Assembly: GCA_018238545.1 (NCBI GenBank) | Contig: JABCTC010000006.1 | Span: 32,001-96,000 of the forward strand | Direction of reading: 5' to 3' | DNA length: 64,000 nt | DNA from: Candidatus Heimdallarchaeota archaeon | Lineage (GTDB): Archaea; Asgardarchaeota; Heimdallarchaeia; Heimdallarchaeales; Heimdallarchaeaceae | Part shown: positions 9,921-18,806 of the stretch, in pieces | How positions within the stretch are numbered: the stretch's first letter is position 1 | How the letters are laid out: every line of letters starts with the position of its first letter | The notes under the pieces: model-generated | The model's database searches: none | What the model saw: only the letters and a program-made list of their open reading frames with translations | What the model was told of the DNA's origin: nothing | Translations under genes and position numbers: made by a program

Positions 9921-10722
9921 TCTCTCCTCCCATGCTTTTGTTCTGAATTAACCTAAGTGTTACAGTTCCAAAAACTGCGTAAAGTAATGGAAAAAGCAGC
10001 AATGTTGGTGAAGTTGGTGCTACTATAAGTGATAAAACTAAACTAAGAACCAAAGGTAATAGACACGAGATTGCAACAAAGATGACCATATTATCTTCAA
10101 TTAACTTGATTTCTCTTTTTAATTTGGTCAAGAAATCAGGATCGGTTTCTATGAAAGAATCTGGGTTTTTTAGGCTTTGAAAAGCATATTTGTGCTTTCT
10201 GTTCTGAAACATTTTTGAATTTTCGTCAATTGTTTGATTTTCATCAGCCCCAATGTTCAGATTGAAGATCATATCTTCAAAGTGTTTTTTGTAGAAATTA
10301 TCAGTTGTCCCTTTTTTTAGAAGTAATTCGATGGAGCGAGGTAAAGATTGTGTTGATTTCATACTGATTGAGAGAGAATTTATAATTAGAAAGGCTACCT
10401 CGTCAAACAATCTGTGCTTTTTTATTATGCTTGACCTAACATAATCACTAAAAATAAAGAAGAGAGCAAGTGAAATTACAATTGAAACAATCAGTGTAAA
10501 AACCAAGTTTAACTGAATTAGGAAGTAACAGAGTAGCATCGAAATAAAGAAACTAAAAATTGCAAGATTGCATAACACCACTAGTTTTACCAAATCGTTT
10601 TCTGATATGAAATCTTCTGAGTGTTTTTTTATTTTGCCTAATGTGATCTTATAAAGAAATTCTTTTGGTATCATGCTAAATTGCATTGTCCTTTGTATCA
10701 ACGAAAAATACCTCGACCCCAC
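9913..10722 (-). CDS. TadB/TadC (T2SS F)-like membrane platform protein
   Basis: Two TM pairs flanking a soluble domain (LSISMKSTQSLPRSI); starts directly after the ATPase stop and overlaps the next gene. Confidence 0.6.
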   Translation of the reverse strand: MGSRYFSLIQRTMQFSMIPKEFLYKITLGKIKKHSEDFISENDLVKLVVLCNLAIFSFFISMLLCYFLIQLNLVFTLIVSIVISLALFFIFSDYVRSSIIKKHRLFDEVAFLIINSLSISMKSTQSLPRSIELLLKKGTTDNFYKKHFEDMIFNLNIGADENQTIDENSKMFQNRKHKYAFQSLKNPDSFIETDPDFLTKLKREIKLIEDNMVIFVAISCLLPLVLSLVLSLIVAPTSPTLLLFPLLYAVFGTVTLRLIQNKSMGGENV

Positions 10723-12099
10723 TTACCTCACCGTTAACAGTTGCTCTTTTATCTTCTCAACATGATGTTGAAAACTTATGTCTCTTTTAATGATTGAATC
10801 AATTTTCTCTTTAATGAACGATTCTTCTTTTATTGTATCTATTGTTCTTTTCTTATCCCAAGAAGAGTCGTAAACTTTTGTTAAAAACCCATATTTTTTA
10901 TCTATTTGTAGATTATTTGCATTGACCTCATAGATTTCAGCGATAGTTCTAATAAAACTAGTTTTCAGTATTTCGCGTTTCATGATTATAATCGTTTCTA
11001 GAGATAGGAAGTCTGTAACTGAAATTTTGTGCAAATTCTCCCATCTTCTTAATATTTTTTCAACAGAGTCGGCATGAGCTGTCTGTATGCCTTTTAAACC
11101 AGCATTTAATGCTTCAAACATGGCTTTTGTGTGCTCACTCGATTGGATCTCTCCTAAATATATCCAATCAGGAGATCGATGAAGAAGTTTCAAAATTTCC
11201 GATGTTTTAGTGTATAAAGATCTATTAGATTCAAAAGAATCTACTTGTATTGATAATTGTTTATAACCTAACTCTGTTTGATTTATTGATTCAATAGCAT
11301 CCTCTATTGCAATTTTTCTCCAGTGCTTTGGTGTATACAGGTCTATGGCATTTGCCAATGTTGTTTTCCCTGAGTTTGGTTCTCCAATGACTGTGATATT
11401 TCTTCTTTTCTCTACGACTTCAACTAAGTAAGCTGCTATGAATGAAGGTAAGGTTTTCAGTTTTATTAAGTCAACTATTTTTAAAGGGTTCCTATGAAAT
11501 TTTCTGATATTGAATGTGGGACCGTTTGGAGATAATGGGGGGAAATCCATTGAAATTCTCATATGAAAATCATTAGTTTTAAACTCAATTTTGAGAGATG
11601 GTTTCTTTGTTGTAATGGTAATGGGGTGCTCTAATTTCAGTCTGTTTAGTAGACTTCTTATTTCTTCTTCTTCTAAAACTATCCCTGTATTGCACCTGCC
11701 GAATATCCTGTGATCAACATATATTGGAGCATTCATTTGATCCAGATATATCTCATTTACTCCATCATCCAAAAATAGTGGGATAATCCTATCTAGCTTT
11801 ATTAATTTGTGGATAAACAATTCCGCAAATAAATCGGGTTCTGTTGGCAAATTATCAATTTCTAATACTTTCCACATAAATATTGATTTTAATACACTAA
11901 TTAATTCATCAAACTTTAGTATTTTTTTCCCTAATCTTTCCTTGTTTTTGAAAACTATTGACGATAATTCTGTGAATAATAGTGGGTCCTGATCAAAATT
12001 ATACTCGGGTTTTGCACTGTAGACCAGGTAATTGCCATCGGTTGTAATTCTAATTTTGTATCCTTTGACTTTGTATTCACTTATTCCATTCTTTTCCAA
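10723..12099 (-). CDS. Type IV pilus/Tad assembly ATPase (TadA/CpaF/ArlI family)
   Basis: Walker A GEPNSGKTT, Asp box IEDAIE, Walker B PDWIYLGE, His box QTAHA, NIRKF motif. Confidence 0.88.
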   Translation of the reverse strand: MEKNGISEYKVKGYKIRITTDGNYLVYSAKPEYNFDQDPLLFTELSSIVFKNKERLGKKILKFDELISVLKSIFMWKVLEIDNLPTEPDLFAELFIHKLIKLDRIIPLFLDDGVNEIYLDQMNAPIYVDHRIFGRCNTGIVLEEEEIRSLLNRLKLEHPITITTKKPSLKIEFKTNDFHMRISMDFPPLSPNGPTFNIRKFHRNPLKIVDLIKLKTLPSFIAAYLVEVVEKRRNITVIGEPNSGKTTLANAIDLYTPKHWRKIAIEDAIESINQTELGYKQLSIQVDSFESNRSLYTKTSEILKLLHRSPDWIYLGEIQSSEHTKAMFEALNAGLKGIQTAHADSVEKILRRWENLHKISVTDFLSLETIIIMKREILKTSFIRTIAEIYEVNANNLQIDKKYGFLTKVYDSSWDKKRTIDTIKEESFIKEKIDSIIKRDISFQHHVEKIKEQLLTVR

Positions 12100-12289
12100 T
12101 TAGAAATCTCCCTTTCAGTTTTCACACTATCTTAATTACTAATTAGTATATCAACACCACTTTTTTGAATAAATCAGCAATTACAAGATGAACTGCAGCT
12201 AAGTTTAGAAAAGCTAATTCATCAATAATTTCGACACATATATGTAATAACTTTAAATAGAAAAAACTTGCAGTTGATGATGTGAGAAA

Positions 12290-13261
12290 ATGGCCAATAA
12301 ATACGATGTAATGTGGACAGAAAAATATAGACCAAAAACTCTTGACGATTTGAAGGGCCACGAAGATATTATAGTACGTCTAAAAGGATTTATAAAAAGA
12401 AGGAATCTTCCTCATTTGTTATTTGCTGGACCTCCCGGCACAGGTAAAACAACAGCTCTTTTAGCCCTTGCCAATGATTTGTATGGTCACACAAATGTTT
12501 CTCGTAACTTTCTAGAAATGAATGCTTCGGACGATCGTGGAATTGATACAATACGAACTAAAGTAAAAGAATTTGCCCGTACAGCTTCTTATGGAAACAC
12601 CCCATTTAAGATAATATGTTTAGATGAAGCAGATAACTTGACTTCTGCAGCTCAGCATGCTTTAAGGAGAACAATGGAAAGATATGTAAAAACAAGTAGA
12701 TTCGCATTAATTTGTAACTATTCAAGTAAAATAATAGAACCTATTCAATCGAGATGTGCAATATTTAGATTTAAACCACTTGATGAAGATAGTATTCGAG
12801 AATTTCTCAAATACATATGTGATAATGAAAAACTAGTATATGATAAAGAAGGGTTGGATACAGTTCTTTACATATCGGAAGGAGATTTAAGAAAAGCTGT
12901 TAACATCTTACAATCTACTGCAGCCGCAGGCAAATCAGTGGAACGAGTAACTGTATTACAAACTGTAGGACATGCGGATCCTGAAAGGATTAAGGAGATG
13001 CTTAATCTTGCATTAGACAAAAAATTTGAAAAATCTAGAGCGGTTTTGCAGAACCTTATTCTACAATATGGGTTATCTGGAACAGATGTAACACACCAAA
13101 TTTATAGAGAAATATCTTCTCTCTCTATTCCTGATAGCAAAAAGTTGGAGATTACCGAATTTTTAGCTGAAATTGATTTTCGTATTTCAGAAGGTGCTTC
13201 TAGTAATATCCAACTGACTTCTTTCTTAGCAAAATTAGTAAAAGAAGCTGATAAAGAATAG
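12290..13261 (+). CDS. rfcS: Replication factor C small subunit
   Basis: WTEKYRP, GPPGTGKTT, EMNASDDRG, LDEAD and SRC motifs. Confidence 0.97.
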   Translation: MANKYDVMWTEKYRPKTLDDLKGHEDIIVRLKGFIKRRNLPHLLFAGPPGTGKTTALLALANDLYGHTNVSRNFLEMNASDDRGIDTIRTKVKEFARTASYGNTPFKIICLDEADNLTSAAQHALRRTMERYVKTSRFALICNYSSKIIEPIQSRCAIFRFKPLDEDSIREFLKYICDNEKLVYDKEGLDTVLYISEGDLRKAVNILQSTAAAGKSVERVTVLQTVGHADPERIKEMLNLALDKKFEKSRAVLQNLILQYGLSGTDVTHQIYREISSLSIPDSKKLEITEFLAEIDFRISEGASSNIQLTSFLAKLVKEADKE

Positions 13262-13279
13262 TAGAAATTAACTGCGTTC

Positions 13280-14122
13280 CTATATATTTAAATCTTTGAT
13301 ATATTCCAAAATCAGTCTTTTTTGTACCTCTTCTTGTTTTATTTTTCTTAAAATACCACTGATTTTGTCTCTAATGATTTTTAATGCTTTACCATTAACA
13401 ATCCATTTTACATCTTCATAATACTGTTTTACCAAGATTAGATTATTGGGGTCTGCAGGTTGTATGTTTAAGCTATCAATATCTGTTCTCGTACGAAGGA
13501 GTGCTTTTGTATTTTTTAATTCAACAGATAATTTACTATAATTCATGATATATCCTACGATTCTTCTAACTTGTTCCCATAGAAAGGATTGTGCAACAAA
13601 TTCAAATAGAATATAACCTTGTTCTTCCATAATATTGATTTGTTCGATTTCCCTAATCGTATTGCGTTGATCATTCTTACAGAAGAGCCTATAATCGTTC
13701 TTTCCTTCAAAAAGTGAACAAATCTTCTGCATTTTACTTATCTCTTTTTCTATTTCGTCTTCTAAGTTCCCTTTTTCTGCTAAATACCAATATTTTTTCT
13801 TCAAACTGTGTTTAGGGGAAAAGTCTTCTTTGACTTTGGTATGAGACCAACATACAATCGAATTATCTTTAGGAAGTTGTGCATTTATTTGCTCTAAAAT
13901 TATCTCCTTTTCTGAATTGAAACCAATTACATTGCCTATAGCGTTTACATTTTTATCCGTTCTACTTGCACTAATAAACCAATTATTTTGTGCTGATATG
14001 ATGTGATTTGTTTCTATGAGTGCTTGTAGTAACGTTTCTTCAACCGTGGATATATTTGGCTGCCTTTGATAACCAAAGTAATTTTTACCTTCATAATAAA
14101 CTTGTACTATGTACCGTATCAT
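13280..14122 (-). CDS. truA: tRNA pseudouridine(38-40) synthase
   Basis: YFGYQRQP, ASRTDKNVNA with the catalytic Asp, SFLWEQVRRIVG. Confidence 0.9.
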   Translation of the reverse strand: MIRYIVQVYYEGKNYFGYQRQPNISTVEETLLQALIETNHIISAQNNWFISASRTDKNVNAIGNVIGFNSEKEIILEQINAQLPKDNSIVCWSHTKVKEDFSPKHSLKKKYWYLAEKGNLEDEIEKEISKMQKICSLFEGKNDYRLFCKNDQRNTIREIEQINIMEEQGYILFEFVAQSFLWEQVRRIVGYIMNYSKLSVELKNTKALLRTRTDIDSLNIQPADPNNLILVKQYYEDVKWIVNGKALKIIRDKISGILRKIKQEEVQKRLILEYIKDLNI

Positions 14123-14209
14123 CTTCTACTTTTTATTCTCTATATGATTAAAAATATAATGTAACACAAAGAAAAAAATTAAAAACCCAACCCCTCTCAT
14201 TATCTTACT

Positions 14210-14287
14210 GCCTCGATGGTGTAGCTCGGCCAATCATTGCGGACTCTCACTCCGCAGACCCGGGTTCAAATCCCGGTCGAGGCACCA
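14210..14287 (+). tRNA. tRNA-Glu(CTC)
   Basis: Cloverleaf with anticodon arm GCGGA-CTCTCAC-TCCGC, GGTTCAAATCC T-arm and encoded CCA. Confidence 0.97.
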
Positions 14288-14310
14288 CTATTTCTTTTAT
14301 AATTACTTTT

Positions 14311-14613
14311 TTATTGCTTTTCTTCCCATACTGCAAACAGTTGCTTCAAAGATGATGCGAGGATATTTTCACTATCATATTGATATATCAAAATCCGTCC
14401 AAATTTCTTTTCTCTGATAAGTCCAGCTTTACATAAAAATTTCAAGTGCCCTTTTACCGACGAATGATTAAGATTTATGTTTCTTGAGATTGCAGATACG
14501 TTTAATTCGTCTAGTTCTGCTAGTAGTTTTAGGATTCTAACTCTACCTCTTGATGACAGAACATCTTCAACAGCGAGTCTTTGTGTATCTTTTATTTTGC
14601 CAATATTTGTCAT
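14311..14613 (-). CDS. ArsR-family winged-helix regulator downstream of cdc6
   Basis: SRGRVRILKLL...LNVSAIS...HLKFLCKAGLI...FGR pattern. Confidence 0.8.
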   Translation of the reverse strand: MTNIGKIKDTQRLAVEDVLSSRGRVRILKLLAELDELNVSAISRNINLNHSSVKGHLKFLCKAGLIREKKFGRILIYQYDSENILASSLKQLFAVWEEKQ

Positions 14614-14625
14614 TTTTTTCCCCTT

Positions 14626-15864
14626 TTATCGGTGTTCTATTGTTTTCTTTTGATTTTCAATGGTTTTAACCAAGAACTCTTCAATAGCTTCAACGGAAAT
14701 ATCTGGAATGCTTATTAATGTGGTTTTACCTCGCATTCCCTCACCTGAAATTTTTGTACTTATGATGTCCTGCTTTGATAGCTCTTTCAAATATGTCCAG
14801 ATTTGTGTATGTTTTCGTGGATCTTCGTTGTATTCCTCACATAGTAGTTTGTATGAACTAATCGCATCATTTGTTGAAATATATGCATTTTTTGTATGTT
14901 TTAGTTTTCGTATTGTTGCTAACAAAACTAGTTTTTGGTGTAATGTTAGAGTAAGAATAACTTCTCTCCTGATTTCTGGATGAATTAATCCCTTGGCTTT
15001 TCTTACATGATCTGGATAGATAATTGGAGAATTTTCATCATCTGCACATTGACCCGCACCCCATAACAATTCTATTGCATAACGAGCATCTCCTAATTTA
15101 CTCGCAATGTCAGCAATCAATTCTGTAGCATCTTCTGTTATTACCCCATCATAAAATGCTAATTCAGATCGAGATTTTATTATGTCCCGTAGATTTGTTT
15201 CGGAATATCTATCTAATGATATGTGACTTGTTTGAAAACTACTTTGTGTGCTTGCATCAAGACTATGGATGAAGTTTAGATTTCTAGCAATAAAAATGTA
15301 AGATATCCATTGTTTTGTTGTCATTTCGCTTATTCTTAATAAAGTATAGAGAAAATCTGTTCCTGCACGTGAGATAAGATAATCAACTTCATCCAAAATC
15401 AGCAATATTTTTTGTGAATAGAAGTCCAATAAACGAATCAAGAGGTCTTGTAGTTCCTCAAAAGAATATCCTCGTGGTGGAATTGCCTTATTCAACTGGC
15501 GCGCTAATGTGCTAATGATGAGATAAGGACTTTTATAAATTCGGCAATTGATGTAAACTAAACGGAAATTTTTCTGTTTATCAATATTTTCTAGTAATTG
15601 ACCAAACCGTTTAGCTAAAGTAGTTTTACCAGAACCTGTTGGTCCTGTTATACTTATTTTTCTTAAAGGTTCATCCCTTTCTTCAAAAATTGTTTTGAAA
15701 TATTTTGCTAAAGTTCTGAGTTCCTCCTCCCTGTGTGGTAGGTGTGGTGGGATATATGTGACGGATAAACAACTTATGTTCTTAAATACAGTAGGTTTTT
15801 TCAGTAAGGAATTAAAAAATTCCTCGTCAGATGTAGGCATCATTCTCTCTCTGATTGTACCCAA
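14626..15864 (-). CDS. cdc6: Cdc6/Orc1 replication initiator
   Basis: YIPPHLPHRE, Walker A GPTGSGKT, YINC, LDEVD, GDARYAI and a C-terminal winged helix; true start is probably a nearby downstream ATG. Confidence 0.95.
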   Translation of the reverse strand: MGTIRERMMPTSDEEFFNSLLKKPTVFKNISCLSVTYIPPHLPHREEELRTLAKYFKTIFEERDEPLRKISITGPTGSGKTTLAKRFGQLLENIDKQKNFRLVYINCRIYKSPYLIISTLARQLNKAIPPRGYSFEELQDLLIRLLDFYSQKILLILDEVDYLISRAGTDFLYTLLRISEMTTKQWISYIFIARNLNFIHSLDASTQSSFQTSHISLDRYSETNLRDIIKSRSELAFYDGVITEDATELIADIASKLGDARYAIELLWGAGQCADDENSPIIYPDHVRKAKGLIHPEIRREVILTLTLHQKLVLLATIRKLKHTKNAYISTNDAISSYKLLCEEYNEDPRKHTQIWTYLKELSKQDIISTKISGEGMRGKTTLISIPDISVEAIEEFLVKTIENQKKTIEHR

Positions 15865-16097
15865 GGGAAATTACTATTTATATTTAGCAGACAGACATCT
15901 CTGAAAGTGATAATCAAAAGCAACTCTAACACTTGTCTAGAACCAAGTTTCCTTGTTCCTAGTTACAATTTTCAGATTTGATAAAAACAAAGCTTGAATT
16001 GTAAGTATTCATTTTAGAATGTATATTCTCAGTTGTGTTATATTGAACATGTGCCGATAAAGTTAAAAATCAACGTTATCGGTTTTATTCACAACAT

Positions 16098-16182
16098 GTG
16101 GAGATTGCCGAGTGGTCAAAGGCGCTAGAATGAGGATCTAGTCCTTAGTGGTCCGGGAGTTCGAATCTCCCTCTCCGCACCA
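16098..16182 (+). tRNA. tRNA-Leu(GAG)
   Basis: Class II cloverleaf with long variable arm, anticodon arm CTAGA-ATGAGGA-TCTAG, A73 and CCA. Confidence 0.95.
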
Positions 16183-16232
16183 TCTAAAAAATATTTTTTT
16201 GTTATCTCCATTATCTGATTACAAGTTCTTTT

Positions 16233-16418
16233 TTAGCTGAACAAGTCATCTATAGAGGTAGTAGACCAATCAATTAGATTTAAAATCACACCAAAAATGA
16301 TGGCGAAAATGAAGACAGCTATACCGATGAGTAAAATTTCCTCAAGTATTGGGGATCCTCTCTTTTTACTAAATCTGAAACTTTTGAATAATTGAAATAT
16401 CATCCTCATAATTCTCAA
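16233..16418 (-). CDS. Short Flp-like pilin with class III signal peptide
   Basis: Basic leader KKRG, then SPILEEILLIGIAVFIFAIIFGVIL with Glu at +5 and a hydrophobic helix; mature length about 40 aa; exact start uncertain. Confidence 0.75.
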   Translation of the reverse strand: MRIMRMIFQLFKSFRFSKKRGSPILEEILLIGIAVFIFAIIFGVILNLIDWSTTSIDDLFS

Positions 16419-16667
16419 TATTTAACTAAAGTTTGTTATTTAAACTCCACAAAACACACATTAAGCTTTCACTCTTCAGTAAAACACAGTTGTAAATATC
16501 CTCCATCCGCTATATTTTCTCGTTCATTTGTAAAATTGCTGTCATAATGATAAATTTGAGAATCATAATCATTCAGCAGAACATTATCTAAAATACTTGT
16601 GTATGGAAAACCTTTTTTATTATCATAAATCGGTGCGATATAGTATTAACCATTCCTAGGTGCCACT

Positions 16668-17501
16668 ATGGATATAGAGCTTGTTGAAATATTTCCAAAT
16701 TCAGTTAAATTCATCCTTTCGGATGTTTCATTAGCTTTCGCTAATGCTCTTAGACGTTTAGCTTTGGCTGAAGTTCCATCATTAGTAATTGAGGATGTTT
16801 ATGTATTACGAAACACTTCACCGCTTTTTGATGAATTTATTGCACATAGATTAGGGTTAACACCCTTAAAATATGATATTGATGAACTCGATTTGAATTT
16901 CAGAGACAAATGTGATTGTGGCGGAATTGGTTGCAATTTATGCACAGTAACTTTAATGCTCTCAAAAGAAACAGATGCTCAAACCACAACCGTTGTTTAC
17001 AGTGGTGATATTGTATCAGCCCAAGAAGGAGTAGAACCTGTAACATCAAAGATTCCAATCGTTAAATTAGGACCAAATCAAGCACTAGAATTGGAATGTA
17101 TGGCACAACTTGGAATAGGAAAAGAGCACGCTAAATGGCAACCAGTTTCTGCAATGGGATATCAAGAATTCCCAATACCAGAAATAAATAAGAGTAAATG
17201 TACTAACTGTCTTGCTTGTATAGATGCTTGTTACAGGGGAGTATATCAAAAAGTAGGGGACGAAGTTCAAGTGACCAATCCTTTAAGTTGCACCTTATGC
17301 AATTATTGTCTTGATTTTTGTGAACCTGGTGCCATTGAAATTGGAAACGACCCTTCCAAAATAATTTTTTCATTTGAAACAAATAGCGGTATTCCTCCTT
17401 CAAAAATACTTTCTAAAACAGGAGAAATACTTCTCACAAATATCGACGAATTCAAAAAGACATTAGAATCATCGTTATTAGAAAAAGAAGAAAAAGAATG
17501 A
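16668..17501 (+). CDS. rpoD: RNA polymerase subunit D (Rpo3) with ferredoxin-like Fe-S domain
   Basis: FANALRR, DEFIAHRLGL, GKEHAKWQP; Zn motif CDC...CNLC; two CxxCxxCxxxC motifs. Confidence 0.96.
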   Translation: MDIELVEIFPNSVKFILSDVSLAFANALRRLALAEVPSLVIEDVYVLRNTSPLFDEFIAHRLGLTPLKYDIDELDLNFRDKCDCGGIGCNLCTVTLMLSKETDAQTTTVVYSGDIVSAQEGVEPVTSKIPIVKLGPNQALELECMAQLGIGKEHAKWQPVSAMGYQEFPIPEINKSKCTNCLACIDACYRGVYQKVGDEVQVTNPLSCTLCNYCLDFCEPGAIEIGNDPSKIIFSFETNSGIPPSKILSKTGEILLTNIDEFKKTLESSLLEKEEKE

Positions 17502-17512
17502 GGTGAGCTTAA

Positions 17513-17878
17513 ATGCCAAGAAGAACAGGACCAACAGATCCAAATATTATACAGTTAATTAACCAGCTTAAGAAGAAATCAGCTGAAACAAATGTTTCCA
17601 TTTGGAAAACAATTGCTGAAAGAATAGAGAAACCTAGAAGAAAAAGGGCCACTACTAATCTCAGTAAAATAAATAGATACTCAAAAGAAAATGATATTAT
17701 TATTGTTCCAGGTTCAGTTCTAAGTTCAGGGAAACTTGATCACCCTGTAACTATTGTGGCTCTTAAAACCACTGAACAAGCAAAGGAAAAAATACACGCA
17801 ACAAAAAGTAAATTCCTTACTATTCATGAACTATTAGAATCTAATCATGAAGTTGGTAAAATGAAAATAATAATCTAA
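17513..17878 (+). CDS. rpl18e: 50S ribosomal protein L18e
   Basis: TNLSKINRY, IVPGSVL; conserved position after rpoD. Confidence 0.95.
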   Translation: MPRRTGPTDPNIIQLINQLKKKSAETNVSIWKTIAERIEKPRRKRATTNLSKINRYSKENDIIIVPGSVLSSGKLDHPVTIVALKTTEQAKEKIHATKSKFLTIHELLESNHEVGKMKIII

Positions 17879-17892
17879 TCAAGGTGAATTAA

Positions 17893-18363
17893 ATGGTAAA
17901 AACTGGAAAAAACGTTGTAACACAGTTAGTAACTCCCAAAATTATAATTGATGCAGATAATGCAATTTTAGGTCGTTTATGTTCTGAAGTTGCAAAATAT
18001 CTACTAGATGGTTATGCAGTAAATATTGTAAACTGTGAAAATGCTATAGTTTCTGGTAAAAAACACTCAATTTTAAATGAGTATAGAAACATGCACAAAA
18101 TTCACACTGCAACTAATCCCCGAAGAGGACCTTTCCATCCTAAACGACCTGATAGATTAGTACGACGCACTGTTAGAGGAATGCTACCTTGGAAAAAAAG
18201 CAAAGGTAGAAATGCGTATCATAGACTGTTAACATATATTGGAATTCCAGATGAGTTTTCTAATTTAGAAATTATTAAACCGAAGTATGCTGATGCAAAC
18301 AAACTGGACTGCAAAAAGACAACTGTTGGAAATCTATGTAAAGAGTTTGGCTGGCAAGAATAA
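17893..18363 (+). CDS. rpl13: 50S ribosomal protein L13
   Basis: DADNAILGRL, GPFHPKRP, RTVRGMLP. Confidence 0.96.
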   Translation: MVKTGKNVVTQLVTPKIIIDADNAILGRLCSEVAKYLLDGYAVNIVNCENAIVSGKKHSILNEYRNMHKIHTATNPRRGPFHPKRPDRLVRRTVRGMLPWKKSKGRNAYHRLLTYIGIPDEFSNLEIIKPKYADANKLDCKKTTVGNLCKEFGWQE

Positions 18364-18373
18364 GGTGATTAAT

Positions 18374-18778
18374 ATGGGTAAAGTTATTGTATCGTCTGGA
18401 AAGAGAAAAACAGCAATTGCACGTGCAACTATTAAAGAAGGAAAAGGAAGAGTTAGAATAAATGGTGTTCCATTAGAAGTTCTACCCAATGAGCTGAAAC
18501 GAGTAAAAATAAATGAAGTATTCGTACTTGCGGGTGGTGAAAGAAGAGATTCTGTGGATGTCAAAGTTAAAGTAAAGGGAGGCGGATTTATGGGACAAGC
18601 TGAAGCCGTTCGTACGGCTATTGCAAGAGGTTTAATCGAATTTTTTGATGACATGGTTTTAAAAGAAGTTTTTGTCGCTTATGATAAAACAATCATTTCT
18701 GGTGATCCAAGAAGAACTGAACCTAAACATTTTGGTGGGAAAAGTTCACGTTCCAGATTTCAAAAATCCTACCGATAA
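18374..18778 (+). CDS. rps9: 30S ribosomal protein S9
   Basis: GKRKTAIARA, GGGFMGQAEA, C-terminal QKSYR; ATG at 18374 follows an AGGTGA RBS. Confidence 0.96.
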   Translation: MGKVIVSSGKRKTAIARATIKEGKGRVRINGVPLEVLPNELKRVKINEVFVLAGGERRDSVDVKVKVKGGGFMGQAEAVRTAIARGLIEFFDDMVLKEVFVAYDKTIISGDPRRTEPKHFGGKSSRSRFQKSYR

Positions 18779-18806
18779 CTTTTTCCCTTCCCTTATTTTA
18801 TTTTAA

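Noticed and set aside
15865-16097. Replication origin upstream of cdc6
   Set aside because: No repeated ORB-like boxes with G-strings were recognisable; the gap is short and holds divergent promoters for cdc6 and tRNA-Leu. Not excluded, but unsupported.
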